The position numbers and the translations under genes were made by a program. The notes below the pieces were generated by a model. It did not search any database, was not told the DNA's origin, and worked only from the letters and a program-made list of their open reading frames with translations. A DNA stretch of 64,000 nt from Catajapyx aquilonaris (Eukaryota), in NCBI GenBank assembly GCA_000934665.2, contig JYFJ02000031.1, forward strand, positions 62,001 to 126,000, read 5' to 3'. Below, one piece after another: positions 25,914 through 39,300 of the stretch (position 1 is the first letter of the stretch; every line of letters begins with the position of its first letter).

Positions 25914-28566
25914 TTAAGGAAGGTCATGGTCGCCGATGACCAGAGGTCTAGGTATGGGGATAGGTCCGGCCATACTGTAGTAGTACACGTCCTTTCCTCT
26001 AGTCTTGTCGTCCCACGAGAGTCTGATACCATAGTTGTGCGCTTGGAACTCCCTCCTGAGTTCACGCAACTCCTGCTTGGACACAGGCCACTGGGACAGC
26101 TCTCCAAGCCAGCAGAGTCGAGGGCATGAGTCCACCAGGAGACGGGCACTGCGACGGGTCAACTGGCAGCCCTCGTCCATCCAGAGGGCTTCCAGTTGAG
26201 AGAAAGCGGGCTTGGGCACCTCTGTTGTTGATGTGGATGTGGAAGAAGTGGCCGCCGAAGACGATTCGGAAGTGGTGGAGGCTGAAGAAGAAGTGGTGGC
26301 GATCAGGATGGCCAAGTCCTCATCCTTCAGTCCGACCCCGCTGCCAAACAGGGACAGTCGCACCAGGGAAGGGCATAGAGGAAGCAGGCGTTGGACCAGG
26401 TCGCGGGTCAACGGCACTGTCCACTTTAAGGCCAGCTCCTCCAGCATTGGAAAACCCACGGATGGATGGTGGTGCTCGCTGTCGTCCATCTGGAGCCGGA
26501 CGTTGGAGTACACCATGCGGGTCAGCTGAGGACACTGGGTGGCCACCAGCCACAAGTCCACCTTAGGACACAACAATTGCACGATTTAGTTAACAAACAG
26601 AGATGGTTCAGTGTCCACTTACCGCCAGTATTCCAAATCGGCTCTCAAAGTTGGCGACAATCTCCAGGCAGCGAAGTCTGGAACCCATGGCCCTCAGGGC
26701 TGGAGCCAACTCTCCGCCTCGTCCCAGTTCCACCAACCGGAGGCTTTGGAGACTATTCAGTTCGGATAGTTCTTCCAATGTTCCTTCCTGAGGGTTCTGA
26801 AGCCGGAGTTCCTTCACTGCAGGACACAGAGCACGTATCACCCTCATCCTCTCAGGTTTGGTCCAGGTGTCGCACACAACCTCCAGACGACACGGGGTCG
26901 GTTCCACAGATGTCTCCATGCCTAAAATGAAACCATGAGCTTTACACATGTCGAGCCAATATGGTACAACAGTGATGATTGCACGTACACTTTTCATACA
27001 TGTTGTATATGGACTCGCCGGTGTATGGGTAATGCGGAAGACCACGAAGTCGCAGAAGAGACTGCAGAAGCATGGCCACCACCCCAGCCGGAACAGGATT
27101 GAACTGGAACCGTTCGTGCTCCACGTCGCTCAGTGTTAGCACTTCCATGGTCTCGCAGCATGGATTGCGTCGTCGTATGTCCTGAAAGAAAGGTGGTAAC
27201 TGTCAGACCAGTACCACTCTCTGGTTGAAGCAACTGACCTCTTCTTCGTCTGGATCGAGGAAGCACAACCTCTGGAAAGCCAAGTCTAGCAAGGCATAGA
27301 CAGCCGCGTCCTGAAGACAACCACCGACGTCCAAGCGGGCCAGACAATGGCAGGATCGTCCAACAGCCCCCAGAACCTCGTCCAATCTGCACGGGACAGA
27401 CAAAACCAAGTGCCTCAGTTGCCTCGGTGGCCATAGGATGACCTGAAGAGCAGCGGTCCATGCTCCTCGACCTCCGAAGTGATCTTCGGCGTGGAAGGAC
27501 TCCAGGCCCTCGCCGTGGTCAGCCAGACTCTGGGCTAGTGGCGCCAGCACCACATAACCCAAGGAGTGTCGCAGGGTCAGCTTCTTGACCCTTTTGTCAA
27601 AGAAGAGGCTGAAGGCGGCGTAGTGGATACCCTCGTAGTGATTTCCAAATCGCTTGGCTTCAGACAACACTGCTTCCAATAGCTCTTCACATAGAGCAGG
27701 CAAAAGAGCTTCCTCCAGTTCTCTCCTGGTATGCAGAATAATATCGCACACCAGCAGGCTATTGGCTGGAAAATAGTTTAAAAATGGTCAGGAATGACAC
27801 TTTTGTTGCATATATTTTCCCATGCAAATAATGCAGCACGAAAGGTGTCTTAACGATCCTGGCCATGCAGGCCGGTTTCCAAGAACTAAAAATTGTTGGC
27901 GTGTCATAAGGACACCTGAGACCAGAGCAGGTAATTACATTTTTGCAATGACAATATTACGCCCATTTTCATTACATGTATTAAAACGGACGAAAATGAA
28001 CTGGACCTCAGCATTTCCAGATCGAATATCTCACTGCAGTACATTTGATTGATTAAAACCTAGAACTGACTTTTTGATGGGGACCGCTTGCCAACTGGAC
28101 GACCTTCTAATCATTTGTCAATTTCTTCAGTTTAAAAAACCCGTTTTTAAGAGACTTGTTAGTATGGCAACTGAAGCGTAATGTGCCCCATTGTCCCAAA
28201 AGGTCAGGCATTGTCATAAAAAGGTCGATGTCTTTGCCATTTTACAATCACAAGCCACACCCAATAAGACTCACCTGGAATGCTCTTTTGGCTACTGTCC
28301 GAATCCGACCCAAGTGTCTCATGGTATTGGAAGTAGCTGCTGTCCTTCTTAGCCTTTGAGAAGAGCCGGAAGATCCTCTTTTTGAGCCTGGATATGGAAA
28401 ACTTGCCCTTCTCCTTATGGAGCGACCCGTGGGATTCCCTTTGCCACCGATACGGATTACATTCCTCACACTGCTGCACATGGTCCAACAAGAATGCCTC
28501 TAGTCTTTCCCTGACAAAACTAAGGGCCAGGGTGCGCAACTTGGGCGCCGGAGCCCTCGGAGACAT
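25914..28566 (-). CDS. Uncharacterised leucine-rich-repeat (RNI/AMN1-like) protein
   Basis: Exons 28566-28275, 27765-27239, 27181-26989 (donor tentative), 26921-26623, 26561-25914 join in frame. Repeated Cys-containing LRRs (SCHCLARLDVGGC, LCPAVKELRL, QCPQLTRM, LCPSLVRLSL, SCPRLCWL). Confidence 0.78.
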
Positions 28567-29238
28567 CCTGGCCTTCTTATTGCCCACAAGCACACATCTT
28601 CTTTGAACAAACCAAGCCTGTCCCAAGCAGGCGTAATGGATGTAGGCCAGCCGTGTCTATAGCCCAGAGGTCCTATCGACCGTCTATAGCCAAGGCCGCA
28701 GAGGAGTTGCGCGGTTCTGCAGACAGAAAGGGTCTGCTGCCAGAAAAGGTCCTCAGGATCGATCCCAAAGCCCACACATACACGCCACCTTTGGACGGGT
28801 AGCAACCAGGCACTCACGCCATGTGGCACCCACAATAGACGGTGGTCACAAGAAATTGCAATTAGAGGAGTCAACTAACCTGCCACACTTTTTCGGGGAC
28901 TATTGATTTCAACTGCCACTCCCCACACCGATAAAAATGTTTCCTCGCCTGATTTCGTGCAACAGGAATAACAGAAGTGGGATTCAATCCGTGCTTTTCA
29001 TGTAAATGAATAGGACACGGGTGTACAATAAAGCACTGCACACGCACACATTGTCGCAATGCTATTCTTGTAAAGTTGTAAGGCATGGCATGACCACAAT
29101 TGAACATTGTGTTGGGAGGACTTTGACTTCATATCGAAGGAACAGTGCTTAAGACCACAGCATGATATCAATTTATTAAATGTTGGTATAGGTTAACTGG
29201 AATGTTCAAGAGGAATGAGCATTCCTGTGGGTCTCCTC

Positions 29239-32200
29239 TCAGTCTTCTTCGTCAGAAGATTCGGATATGATGACCTCGATTAGGGGTCGTCCGCCCTGAG
29301 AGTAAAATGTGTCAAGACCATTCAATCATGCGAATCCCAGTTTACTTACATGTTGACATCGAGTGATCTCATGCACACTCAGGACCTCGACCTCGTCTTC
29401 TCCAGGCACCAGAGCCTGGTCCGATTCAGACTCATTTGAAACCATCTTCAGGAGAGGAATGGTCTCCTGCATCTCACCCCGGTCCTTCTTCCCAAAAATT
29501 GTGTCTTCATTCTCCAGTTCCTTGTGATCGGTAAAGACCTTGGCTCGGATCAGAGGTATCCTCTCCGAATCTTCAGAGGAAGACAAAGAAACACAACTCT
29601 CCCCTGATGTGTTAAGAGTGGACCGAGCATCCTCGAAGACGTCGTCGGACATGCTAGCACAGACGTCAATCTTCACTTCCTTTTCCCCCAGGTCTATGCC
29701 TGAGAGGCCAACTTGAAGGCTAAGCTCGTCCACTTCCGTTGCTTCTGGTCCACCGTCAAATTCAAGCTCTTTTGATTCTGGTCCGCTATGAGAAACACTC
29801 ACAACGATGTTGACTTCCTCATCGTCGTCCGGTTGTCGTTGAGTTGTTGGCAGCTTCACATCCTCAGAGCTACAAAAAATGACGTTTCATATTGGGAATA
29901 TCACGAAATAATATTGTGCACATGCCTGTCAGAATCCTTCGGTGTGTCCTCATTTTGCTCGCTGTCTTCCTGCTGCTCAAGTTCTTCCCACAGTTCGTCA
30001 TCTTTGACCTCCCCGGCGGCTTCCATTTCTTCTATGGTCGGCTTCTTCTTTAGTTTCAAAAGGGCTGTAAAAATGCCAGGTAAGAGTCATGCACTTTGAG
30101 AGTGAAATGTAGGTTTCCAAAGTACCATTGACGCTGTCCATGATTTTCCGGCGCTCTCGGGCGTCCCACTCGCACTTTGCTTTCTGTTCGGCTTCGACAC
30201 CCCCTTCGCCCCTGAGGCACAAAAATTTCAAATGACACTTATGGATACGGCATGGAACATAAAGCGCAACCTACCAAGCGTCGATGCACACCCTTTCACG
30301 TGGAAAGACAGGCCGGTCGTCCAGGTACGTGAGTTCTCGCTGGAGAGGAAAATAATTTCATTTTTTTTCCTTCGAATGCATGTTTCTACGCGACGGAGTT
30401 CAACAAAGCAAATACAGCAGTGTTCCAACTGAAATGACGAACTGACATGAAATGAAACTTACGCATTCGTATATCACTTTTTTCCGGTAGTATGGCATGT
30501 CCTTGACAACAGGATTGCCTTGCAGGTAGAGCACGTGAAGAGCTGGCATTTTACTGAACACCTATGAAACAGGGCACACTTTCATAACTTGTTTCCACCA
30601 ATTATCCTGAACAATTATACCTCAACGACTCTCGGGTCTTGCAGGCGGTTGTGTGACACGTCCAGCACAGAGAGAGTTGGGCACTCCATCAGATGCTCCA
30701 CATCTTCGTACGTACGCAAGTAGTTGTGGCTGATCTGAAGCGTAGTCAGGGAAGGAAGGCAGCCTAAAAGAGGTTAGCAGTTAATTACTATGAACAATGA
30801 TGTCAGCGAAGGAAATCATTACTCAGGTTATCAATGGTGCTGAGGGAGTTGTGGCAGACGTTGATTGTGTCTAATTTCGTCATGTGAGCCAGGTTCTGAA
30901 ACTTTCGAATCAGGTTGTGGTGGAGATACAAGCAGCGCAACTCCAGCTGCTTGTCCAAGTTTGATATTTCCACCAGCCCGTTGCACTCTAGCCACAAGCA
31001 GCGAAGACCAGTGTATTCCTCCAGATTCTCAATTATACGGAATCCTAAAAGCAAGGAAAGGTGAGGGTCAGTGAATGCGTGAGATGCTGCATGTGAATAT
31101 ATACGTCACCTTTGTAATGCAAGTACAAGACGTCATTTAGGTAAGGAGTGCTGTACAACTTGTGCTCCTTGCAATGCTTCTTTAAGAATCGCTTGGTGAT
31201 TCTCGGACCTCCGTGTTCGTCGACCTCAGGGGATGGCGGACGTAGCCAGTTGTCTATACCTATGCCCTTGGCGATTTCCTCCGCGACAATTTCTTCTATT
31301 GTCTTGTCCTCCTCGTCTTTCTCAGCTTCTGAGTGATCGCCTGAGGGACCAGTCGACGAAAGCTCTTCCTCTGACTTCACATCTGCGTGATCCTGCTCCG
31401 ATTCTTGCTTGGGAGTGAAAGTGGCTTCTGCTGGTTCACCAGTACCTTCTGTACGAACCTCGCACATTTTGTCCTTCTGCTCAGCTTCATGCCTCTCCTC
31501 CGCAGCAGATTCACGGATATCTCTCAACGTTGCCCTGCCAGACTCTTCACACACTGGCACGGCCGTACCTCCTGTACCTGAACCTTCTGTAAGAACCTCA
31601 CTGGCATTGTCCTTTTGCTCAGCTTCATGCCTCTCCTCTGTAACGGATTCATGAACAGCTTTCAATGCAGGTTCGCCAGGCGCTACACACACTGGCACTT
31701 CCTTATCTTCTGTAAGAACTTTGTCAATGTGCTCAGCGTCATGCTCCTCCTCTGTGGCGGATTCTTGGAAAGCCTTTGTTGCTTTCTTTGAATCATCAGT
31801 GTTCTCTTTACACACAAGTTCTTGAAAGGCAGAATCTGGTTCCTCCTTATCAACAACTGTTGGTTCTTCATCTACATGATCGCACAAAATCTGGTCTGCG
31901 GGATGCTCAGTTTCCTCCCCATTGGGTTTGTCTACTACTTTGGGACTGTTATCTGACTCATTGGAAGCAGCCTTCTCAGGACTGTCTGTCTGATCTTCAA
32001 AATCTTCAACAGACGGTTTCATCTCAATCACACCGGCACTGCAATCTTGGACATCAGCTGCAGAGCTGATTGCCCCACATTTAACTTCATCACTTGGCAC
32101 CTGATGAAGGTTTGATTCTTCTTCACCCTCCACGTCTCTCCTTTCTGAATTTTCGCATACAGTGACGTCCCTCTTGCTGCTATCAACATCGGCGGTATCA

Positions 32201-35058
32201 TGTTCCACCTTCAGTTCGTCTGCTTCTTTGGGAGTGTTTTCTTTCTCTTTGGAAACAGCCTTCTTATCATGACTGTTTGTCTCATCTCCAAGATCTTTGT
32301 CTGAAAACTGTTTCGTCTCAGTCACATAGGCACTGCAATCTTGGACATCAGGCACAGAACTGTTTGTCACACATTGCACATCACCACTTGGCACCTGAGG
32401 AAGGCCTGATTCTTCTTCATCCGCGCCTTCCACCTCCACATCTCTCCTTTCTGAATTTTTGCATGCAGCTATGACCTGTTCGCTGTTCTTAATAGAGGCG
32501 ATAAGCTTTTTCAGACAACATTCCAAACTGTTGTCTTCCCTACCTCCCGGCTCTTCTTCTGCAGATCTTTCGGGCACATCTGGACATACTGCTCCAGAGC
32601 CCCCAATGCACTCGCACTCTTCAGGCGAACACGTGGCACCAAAATAAGACTCCAGCTCCCGAACAAGTTCATCAGCTGAGTCGTTCAACCTCTGCCTTTC
32701 TTCCGGAGAACGACCATGAAACGACAAATCTCTTTCGAAACTTTCGTCGACTTCATGCAAGGCAGGTAGGGGTAGACGCATCGAAGGCGTCCGTGACTTC
32801 AGAGACGCCTTTACATTCGCGGTGTTCTCATCATGAGTGCAGATCCTCAGCACCTCCGCCACAACATCACCTCCAGACGGTATTATTGGTCCATCTCCCA
32901 CCATTTCATCCGCATATCTCACGTCGCGTCCTTCTCCGCCGGTTGGTCCGGCATTGTCTCCAGATCCCAATGTCAACAGGTCCTCCGTTGATAACGGCGC
33001 GGGAATGTACGTGTCCAAAGAGGAGTCACCATCGGATGACAAATCATCGTGGGGGTCCATTTCTGTCCAGCCATCTTGAAAATTCCTCCCATTTTCGCCA
33101 TCGAGTAAGGACTCAGAACTTTCGGTGGTCCAGGTGGTAACGCTGATGTGCGACGACTCGCTGGAAGTGTTTGTGTCGCCCGAGGAGCTCTCCAGATCAG
33201 ACTCACTCTCACAACTCTCATCAGATTCGTCGTTTGGTACCCTCACTTCGCCTTCGCTGTACTCCGCACTGCTTGGCGATTTGTCAGGCGAAGGTGGTTC
33301 GCTAACGCCACTGTTATAATCACTGCCCATCTGGCTCGAATTAGACACTGAGGTATACTCCGACTCGGGAGTGACCGCATGATCCGAATCAGAAATGGTC
33401 ACGTATTCAGAATCGTTGTCTTCGACTTTCATTTTGATTGCGCCTTGGCTGTCACTTGGCTGGTCCTCCCAACTACAATCAAGGTCCTCTGACACATTTT
33501 CTTGGCCAGTTGAAGCAGAACCATTCGCATCCTTGGGATGTCTCGTTACAGGCTTGCCACTTGTCTCACCTGTCCGATAACATCTGAATTGACCTGTTAG
33601 ATGATCCAGTATCTCTTCACCATCCTGGATCAACCGAGTCGTACTCGGAACGTCATCGTCTTGGCTGATGGTCTCTGAATTATTGCCACATGTGTTACCA
33701 GTTGCGCCTTCACTTTCATTAGGTTGATCCTCCTGGTTCGGATCAAACGTTTTCGATTCAGTTTCCTGAACGACTGAAACTGCGCCATTTACGTCACTTA
33801 GGCCTTCGATGTCTTCACCATGTTGACCAGTCTGCTCATTCAAGTCAGGGAACTGCGTGCCAACATCCGCACTGACTGAAGAAGTTGCCAGAGTTTCACA
33901 GACTTCTTCTCCATGACCTGAACAACTTTCGACAGTCGTGGTTCCAACACCAGGAGGAAAAGGAAGAAGTAGCAAGTCTCTTAAGCCCACTGAACGATTT
34001 TCGGGGGTCATGTCTTCACCACGTAGCTCAGATTCTGTCTCTAAATGTGGAGTAAGATTTCTATGCCATGCTGGATCGCACAAAATTGGTGCATACTCAG
34101 TGGATGACACCTGTTCCAATTCAGGCAGTGGTGCATCATTTATCTCATCATTTACTTCTGGATAATAATCTTCACATACTATCCACCTATCACCATCTCC
34201 GGGAATACTTGGACGCGGATGCATGAGCATAGCTGAAGTCGCTGGTGTAACTACCTGCGCCATTCCATCCCCACAAACAATGCTTACCTCTTCTTCAGAA
34301 GGACTATCAGGAAGAATCACATGCATAGACTCATTGTGATACGGCAAAAGCAGTAAGTTCCTCAGGCCTACTGAACTATCTTCGGGAGTCGTGTCTTCAT
34401 CTACAAGGTCAGGCACTGAATCTGATGGCGAAAAATGTACAGCACGATGTCCATCCCTTTGATTGCAGAAAACGTGCACACACTCAGTGGATGAAACCTG
34501 TTCTACTCCAGGTAGGGATGGATGCCTTAGTTCAACATCCAACTCTCCTTCACTCTCTTTAGGAGGATATGGAAGCAACTTGCAAGGAACTGAATAAGGC
34601 TTTTCATCTCCTCCAACAGTCTCATTGCCTTCTTCAGGAGGATAAGGAAGGAGCACATCCGAAGAACCTACGTGATCAGGCAGAAACAACAGGTTCTCCA
34701 GGGCTTTTGAAAGATGTTCGGATGTCACACCACGATCAGTCGTTGATTCTGTCACGGAATGCAGAACACGCTCATTCTCATCCCGTTGATTGTCCACCAC
34801 CTCAGTAAGTATCTGTCCCTGCCCAACTGCTGAATTCATTATTTCATCAGGCTCTTCAGTCGACTGCTGAAAATCTTCAGCTCTACCTATCGTCTCAGGA
34901 GCTCTTGGACGCTGAAGGAAGGCTGCTGCTTCAGTCGACTGCCTAAAATCTTCAGGGTCCTGACTGGAAAGGTTCTCACCTGCAGCCTCTGGAAAATCTC
35001 TCTCCTCCTGCTGTATATCGCTGCTAACTTCAGGAGGATAGGGGAGCAGTGAATCCAT
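29239..35058 (-). CDS. DNAAF1: Dynein axonemal assembly factor 1 homolog (LRRC50/ODA7) with very long acidic N-terminal extension; start codon uncertain (35058 or further upstream within the ORF reaching 35214)
   Basis: A ~4-kb open exon ends at 31110 ([34 protein letters not shown]). Then exons 31044-30823 ([22 protein letters not shown]), 30763-30621, 30561-30463 ([10 protein letters not shown]), 30339-30275 ([14 protein letters not shown]), 30211-30126, 30064-29926, 29869-29350, 29295-29239. Confidence 0.88.
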
Positions 35059-35699
35059 AGCCTTTGGTATATCCTTGGCACGCCAGAACGCACATACACC
35101 TGCGCCCATTTCATGAAAATGTGTTACAGCGCGCTCCTGCATTTCAGAACACAAGGAGCAAATAAATCTAACGCGTCTGTGACTTGCAAAACATAAATCG
35201 CTATAGAAAACCAATTAACTACAGTAGCCTACAGGATACGGGAAAAGGGCACGCAAACAACCGGAAATTTACTAGTAGCTTGAGCATGCCAGACACTTTG
35301 TCACAAATGACTATTTCTTATGTAAACAAATTGTTGTGAATGAAATTAATGTGCGGTATTTGGCTCATTTCAATCTCGGTGTTAGGCTTCTTATAAATGT
35401 CATTTGTGTGTAGGAGTCAATTAATTGTTGTCGGCAATACATATCAACAATCTGTTTTAAATTTATTGCCGAGCAGAATGACGATCAGTTGTTGAAAATT
35501 ATTGTTCAAAACGGTTATACTTCCCATCAGCACAATGCTCCCCGTCAATTACTCTCATTGCCCAACAATTATTCGTAGCAATAACCAAACCGACACACAA
35601 CGTATGTACCACGCCCTAGTCCAGGCCCACCCCGAATTCAAGCAATCGACCATCCAAAACAAACATTCAAAAAAACACACACGGAAGCACAAAAAAGTT

Positions 35700-36361
35700 C
35701 GACTCACCTGTTCAATAATTTTCCAAAGGCTTAGGAACCATTTGTTTACAAAACTTGAACCGCCTGCAAAGTTGCCAACAGAACCAGCAACCAACACTAC
35801 CGGTTTGTATTTTTTAAAAATTTACTGGTGTACTGTATACATGGTTATTAATTTTTTGTACGGTATGTTCTTTTTATATATATAAATCAGGTGGTTTGTC
35901 AGCGTGGACCAAAAATGGCGGCCCCTATGCGTCCAAACATGGCCGCCGCATTTTAACCCCAAATTTATTAATAAAATCATGTATTATTTCAGCTCAATAT
36001 TTAATTCCGTTTTAAACCACACTATATCCTGGCTTTATATGCAGCATGGCATCATCGCGCCGTGATACGGCAACGCCGCTGTGTGGGTACAAAAAAGAAA
36101 AAAATCGTCTCCCCGCCCGCCCAGTGCATAGCGGATTTCTGCTTTTTCCCAGACACACACACACACACAGCTGTGCCGTCCTTGCGTGTCGGTTCGCTCC
36201 TTACACCATCAGCAGAACAACTAAAAGTCAAACCCGCAAAATATTCTGCAGGATCGCCATTAGTTGAGTGCCAAGAAATCCGCGTGCCAATTTGGCGAAA
36301 ATATTTGTGCGCAGGAAGTGTGCAGTTGTTTTCCTGGTTATGATATGACGCGATAAGGAAC
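35700..36361. promoter_or_regulatory. Probable shared/bidirectional promoter of DNAAF1 and RAB11FIP
   Basis: Head-to-head genes; minus-strand donor (CAG|gtgagt) near 35706 suggests a DNAAF1 5' exon; YY1/Pho-type motifs aaaatggcgg (~35912) and aacatggccgcc (~35936). Confidence 0.5.
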
Positions 36362-39300
36362 ATGATGCTGTCCAGGCAGTCACCAACACACGTCCAGGTC
36401 ACAGGTAAGTGTCACCAAAATGGCAAACCACTTTTTTTTCCCCGGGTGTGCAAGTGTTTGGCAATAGTCCAACCCTTTTGTATGGTAATTTTTTTTAAAC
36501 ATGCGAATACACCCTGTACATTATTCATTCCCTCACCATTTTTGAGAGCCATTTTTAGAGGAATTTCACCCTCAGGATATGTTTCATGGGGATGGGTTTC
36601 GAAGGGGAGAGAAGGTGGCGCCGACATGGATCAGCGATTTGCCACGTTTCACCATGGATTTTAATGATATACCAAAGGGAATATATGAGCAAAAAAATAT
36701 ATCAGCAGTAACTGTCTATATATGAAACAACATATGTGCAGATGTACGTTGTTTTTTTATATAAAAAAATTGATCAACCTGCTGGTTGCTGGAGAGGACA
36801 ATTTCTTAAAAACCCGCAGAAGTGCCTCCTTCTTAATTAATCGACACTGAAATCATCCCATCTGTGAAGATTAGAGGTGACGAAAGGAATTAATGTCGAG
36901 GTCGAAAAAGTCGCACGCGTGATAACAATAGGGGCCCTTGATCCTATTTTGAATCACCTTTTTTTTTAAAAAAAAATAATAATTTAATGGTAAATTTTAC
37001 AAGCAAAACTGCATCTTTTTGAAACTACTGTACATGACATTTTGACCTGTAAAAAAAAAATGCGATGAATTTTAGTGCAGCGTACATTGCCACACATATT
37101 TCGGACAATGGAATATTTGAAGGTCAATCGTGAAATTCCAGCTCACGTATCCTTTCCAAAAAGTGTATACAAACAATAAAAAAAAGTTATATGCTGAGAG
37201 AATTTGTGCAATATTCCCGTTGGTTTTCCTCTCCTGACATAACGGGATTTTTTTTTTTCTTTTCTTTTTTTTTTTTAAAGGAGGAGGATCCCTACTGACC
37301 GGGGCCAAGGAACTTGTATGGCTTGTTCCTCCTAAGGAGAACACTTGACATGTTCTTCGACATTCATGGACATAAGACCATTGACTCAGAGGTTAAAGTT
37401 CTAAAGATTATTTTTCTGACGACCGATGATAGCGTGAAGAAAGGAAGTTGAGACATTGGTATGCTTGAGAGATCATGACAAGTTGCATATTTCTGCAATG
37501 TTCATGCATTGTTGGGTTTTATTACATGCCAGAATTTTGGATGGTTAGAAATTTCGGTATAGGCAGAAAAATATTCAACCGCATTGTACGAGCTCTAAAA
37601 AATTCAGGTCATAACGCCGGGTTTGTTATCCGGAGAATCATATTGTAACGAGGACGTTCAAACATATTGGATTTTTGCAGGATCATGTTGGATTAAAGTG
37701 AGCAAATATTTTCCCTTCCAGTTCAGAGAGCCAAAGGACTGCTTATCAAAGGAAAACATGGTGAGTGGTGCTGCCAGGCTGCTTCCAGCATATGAGGACA
37801 TGCCTCGGATATTTATGGTTGTATTGTTGCAGGGACTAACGATGCGTTTGTCACTATTGCGTTGGGGAAGGAAAAATTCCAGACGTCGGTGAAAGAGAAG
37901 GCAACGGACCCTGTAGACTGGCAAGAAGAATGTGAATTGTGAGTACGCAGCCAGCAGCCCTTTCCCAAAGAGGGGCTCGTGCTCTTGTCCCACTTACTAA
38001 CCTGCACTTGTGATTTACTCTGGCAGGGCCATCCCAAAGCAGGGCAACACTGCAGAAATTACCCTCACGGTGCTGCATAGAAATTTCCTGGGTGTGGACG
38101 AGTTTTTAGGGATGGTGAAGATACCCTTGAGCGACTTTGATACATATGACCGACCACTAAACAGGTGTGGCTTTCTGTTGAGTTTACTAATTATGGACCA
38201 AAATTAGGTGCTAATTGGTGGTTGTTTTTAAAACAGAAGATACACGCTGCAGAGCAAGCCTGGAAAGGAGAAGACCAAGTACCGAGGAGAGTTGGATGTG
38301 CGGGTGGCCTTTAGCACTAAAGCGGGCAGTCTTAATGACCTCAGCAAGAAGGAAGGTCATAAAGGATCTCTTAGTCACATATCCCACATGGCGCAATCTG
38401 TTGGTACGATATGTTGCTTCTTCACCGCCGACTATCCCTTTAATATGGAAATGGCCTGCTGTTGTTATGTTTCTTGATAAGATGTGCCGTCGTCTGTTTC
38501 ACGAAGGCTGGATTAAATGCGTCTGCATGATACATCCTAACGTAGTGTTACAAGGAACAATCATGAGTTGTACGAGGTAGAACTAAGTCAATTAAATTTC
38601 CACAGGTGGCAGTCTCTTGAGTTTGGGAAGTAGAGAAGGCAAATCCTTAAAGAAGCTAGCCAAGTCTGTTGGTAAGTTGTTTGAAACAGGAAGTTTGCAT
38701 GCTCTGCCACTTTTGTCAAACTTTTAACCCCCTTTGTTTCCTTCAGGCAATAAAGTTGCTACCTTGCCCCATCGAGGGAAAAAGAAGAAAAAGGATGGGA
38801 ATCTTCCAGGTGAGGGCTTCCAAACCATAATGGAGAGGAGATCCGGACAGAGCCCTGAAGAGGCAGATCCAGGTGTCATAAGTGAAGGAGAAGACGATGA
38901 TGACTTCTGCGTAGGTTTTTCCATTTCTCAGGGCACTGTAAAAACCCATTTTTCTTGTTTGGGATATTCTCAGTCTACATATTGCTCATATAAGAAGCAA
39001 AGGAAGCGAAGGAAATTAAAATGTAGTATTACAGCAGAATTCCTATCACCTGAGAATATTTAAGTCAAAGCAAATTACAACATAGGTTGGTCACTATAAA
39101 ATAAAAGAAGTTCAACTTTCTTTCTATGTCTATGTCTCAAGGTTCTCCAAGAACCAGGCTATTGAAAATAAAATGTTAATAACCACACTCATTGAGAGGA
39201 AATTTTTACAGCACACATAGCTGTTAAGTCGGAGTTCTTTGTAGCAACAATTTAAAAGATAATATTTTTCTTGCAGTTTGAGGAACTATCCCACAAGAGC

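Noticed and set aside
35771..35792. RFX X-box upstream of the ciliary gene DNAAF1
   Set aside because: Only the GTTGCC half matches; the second half and spacing do not fit the consensus.
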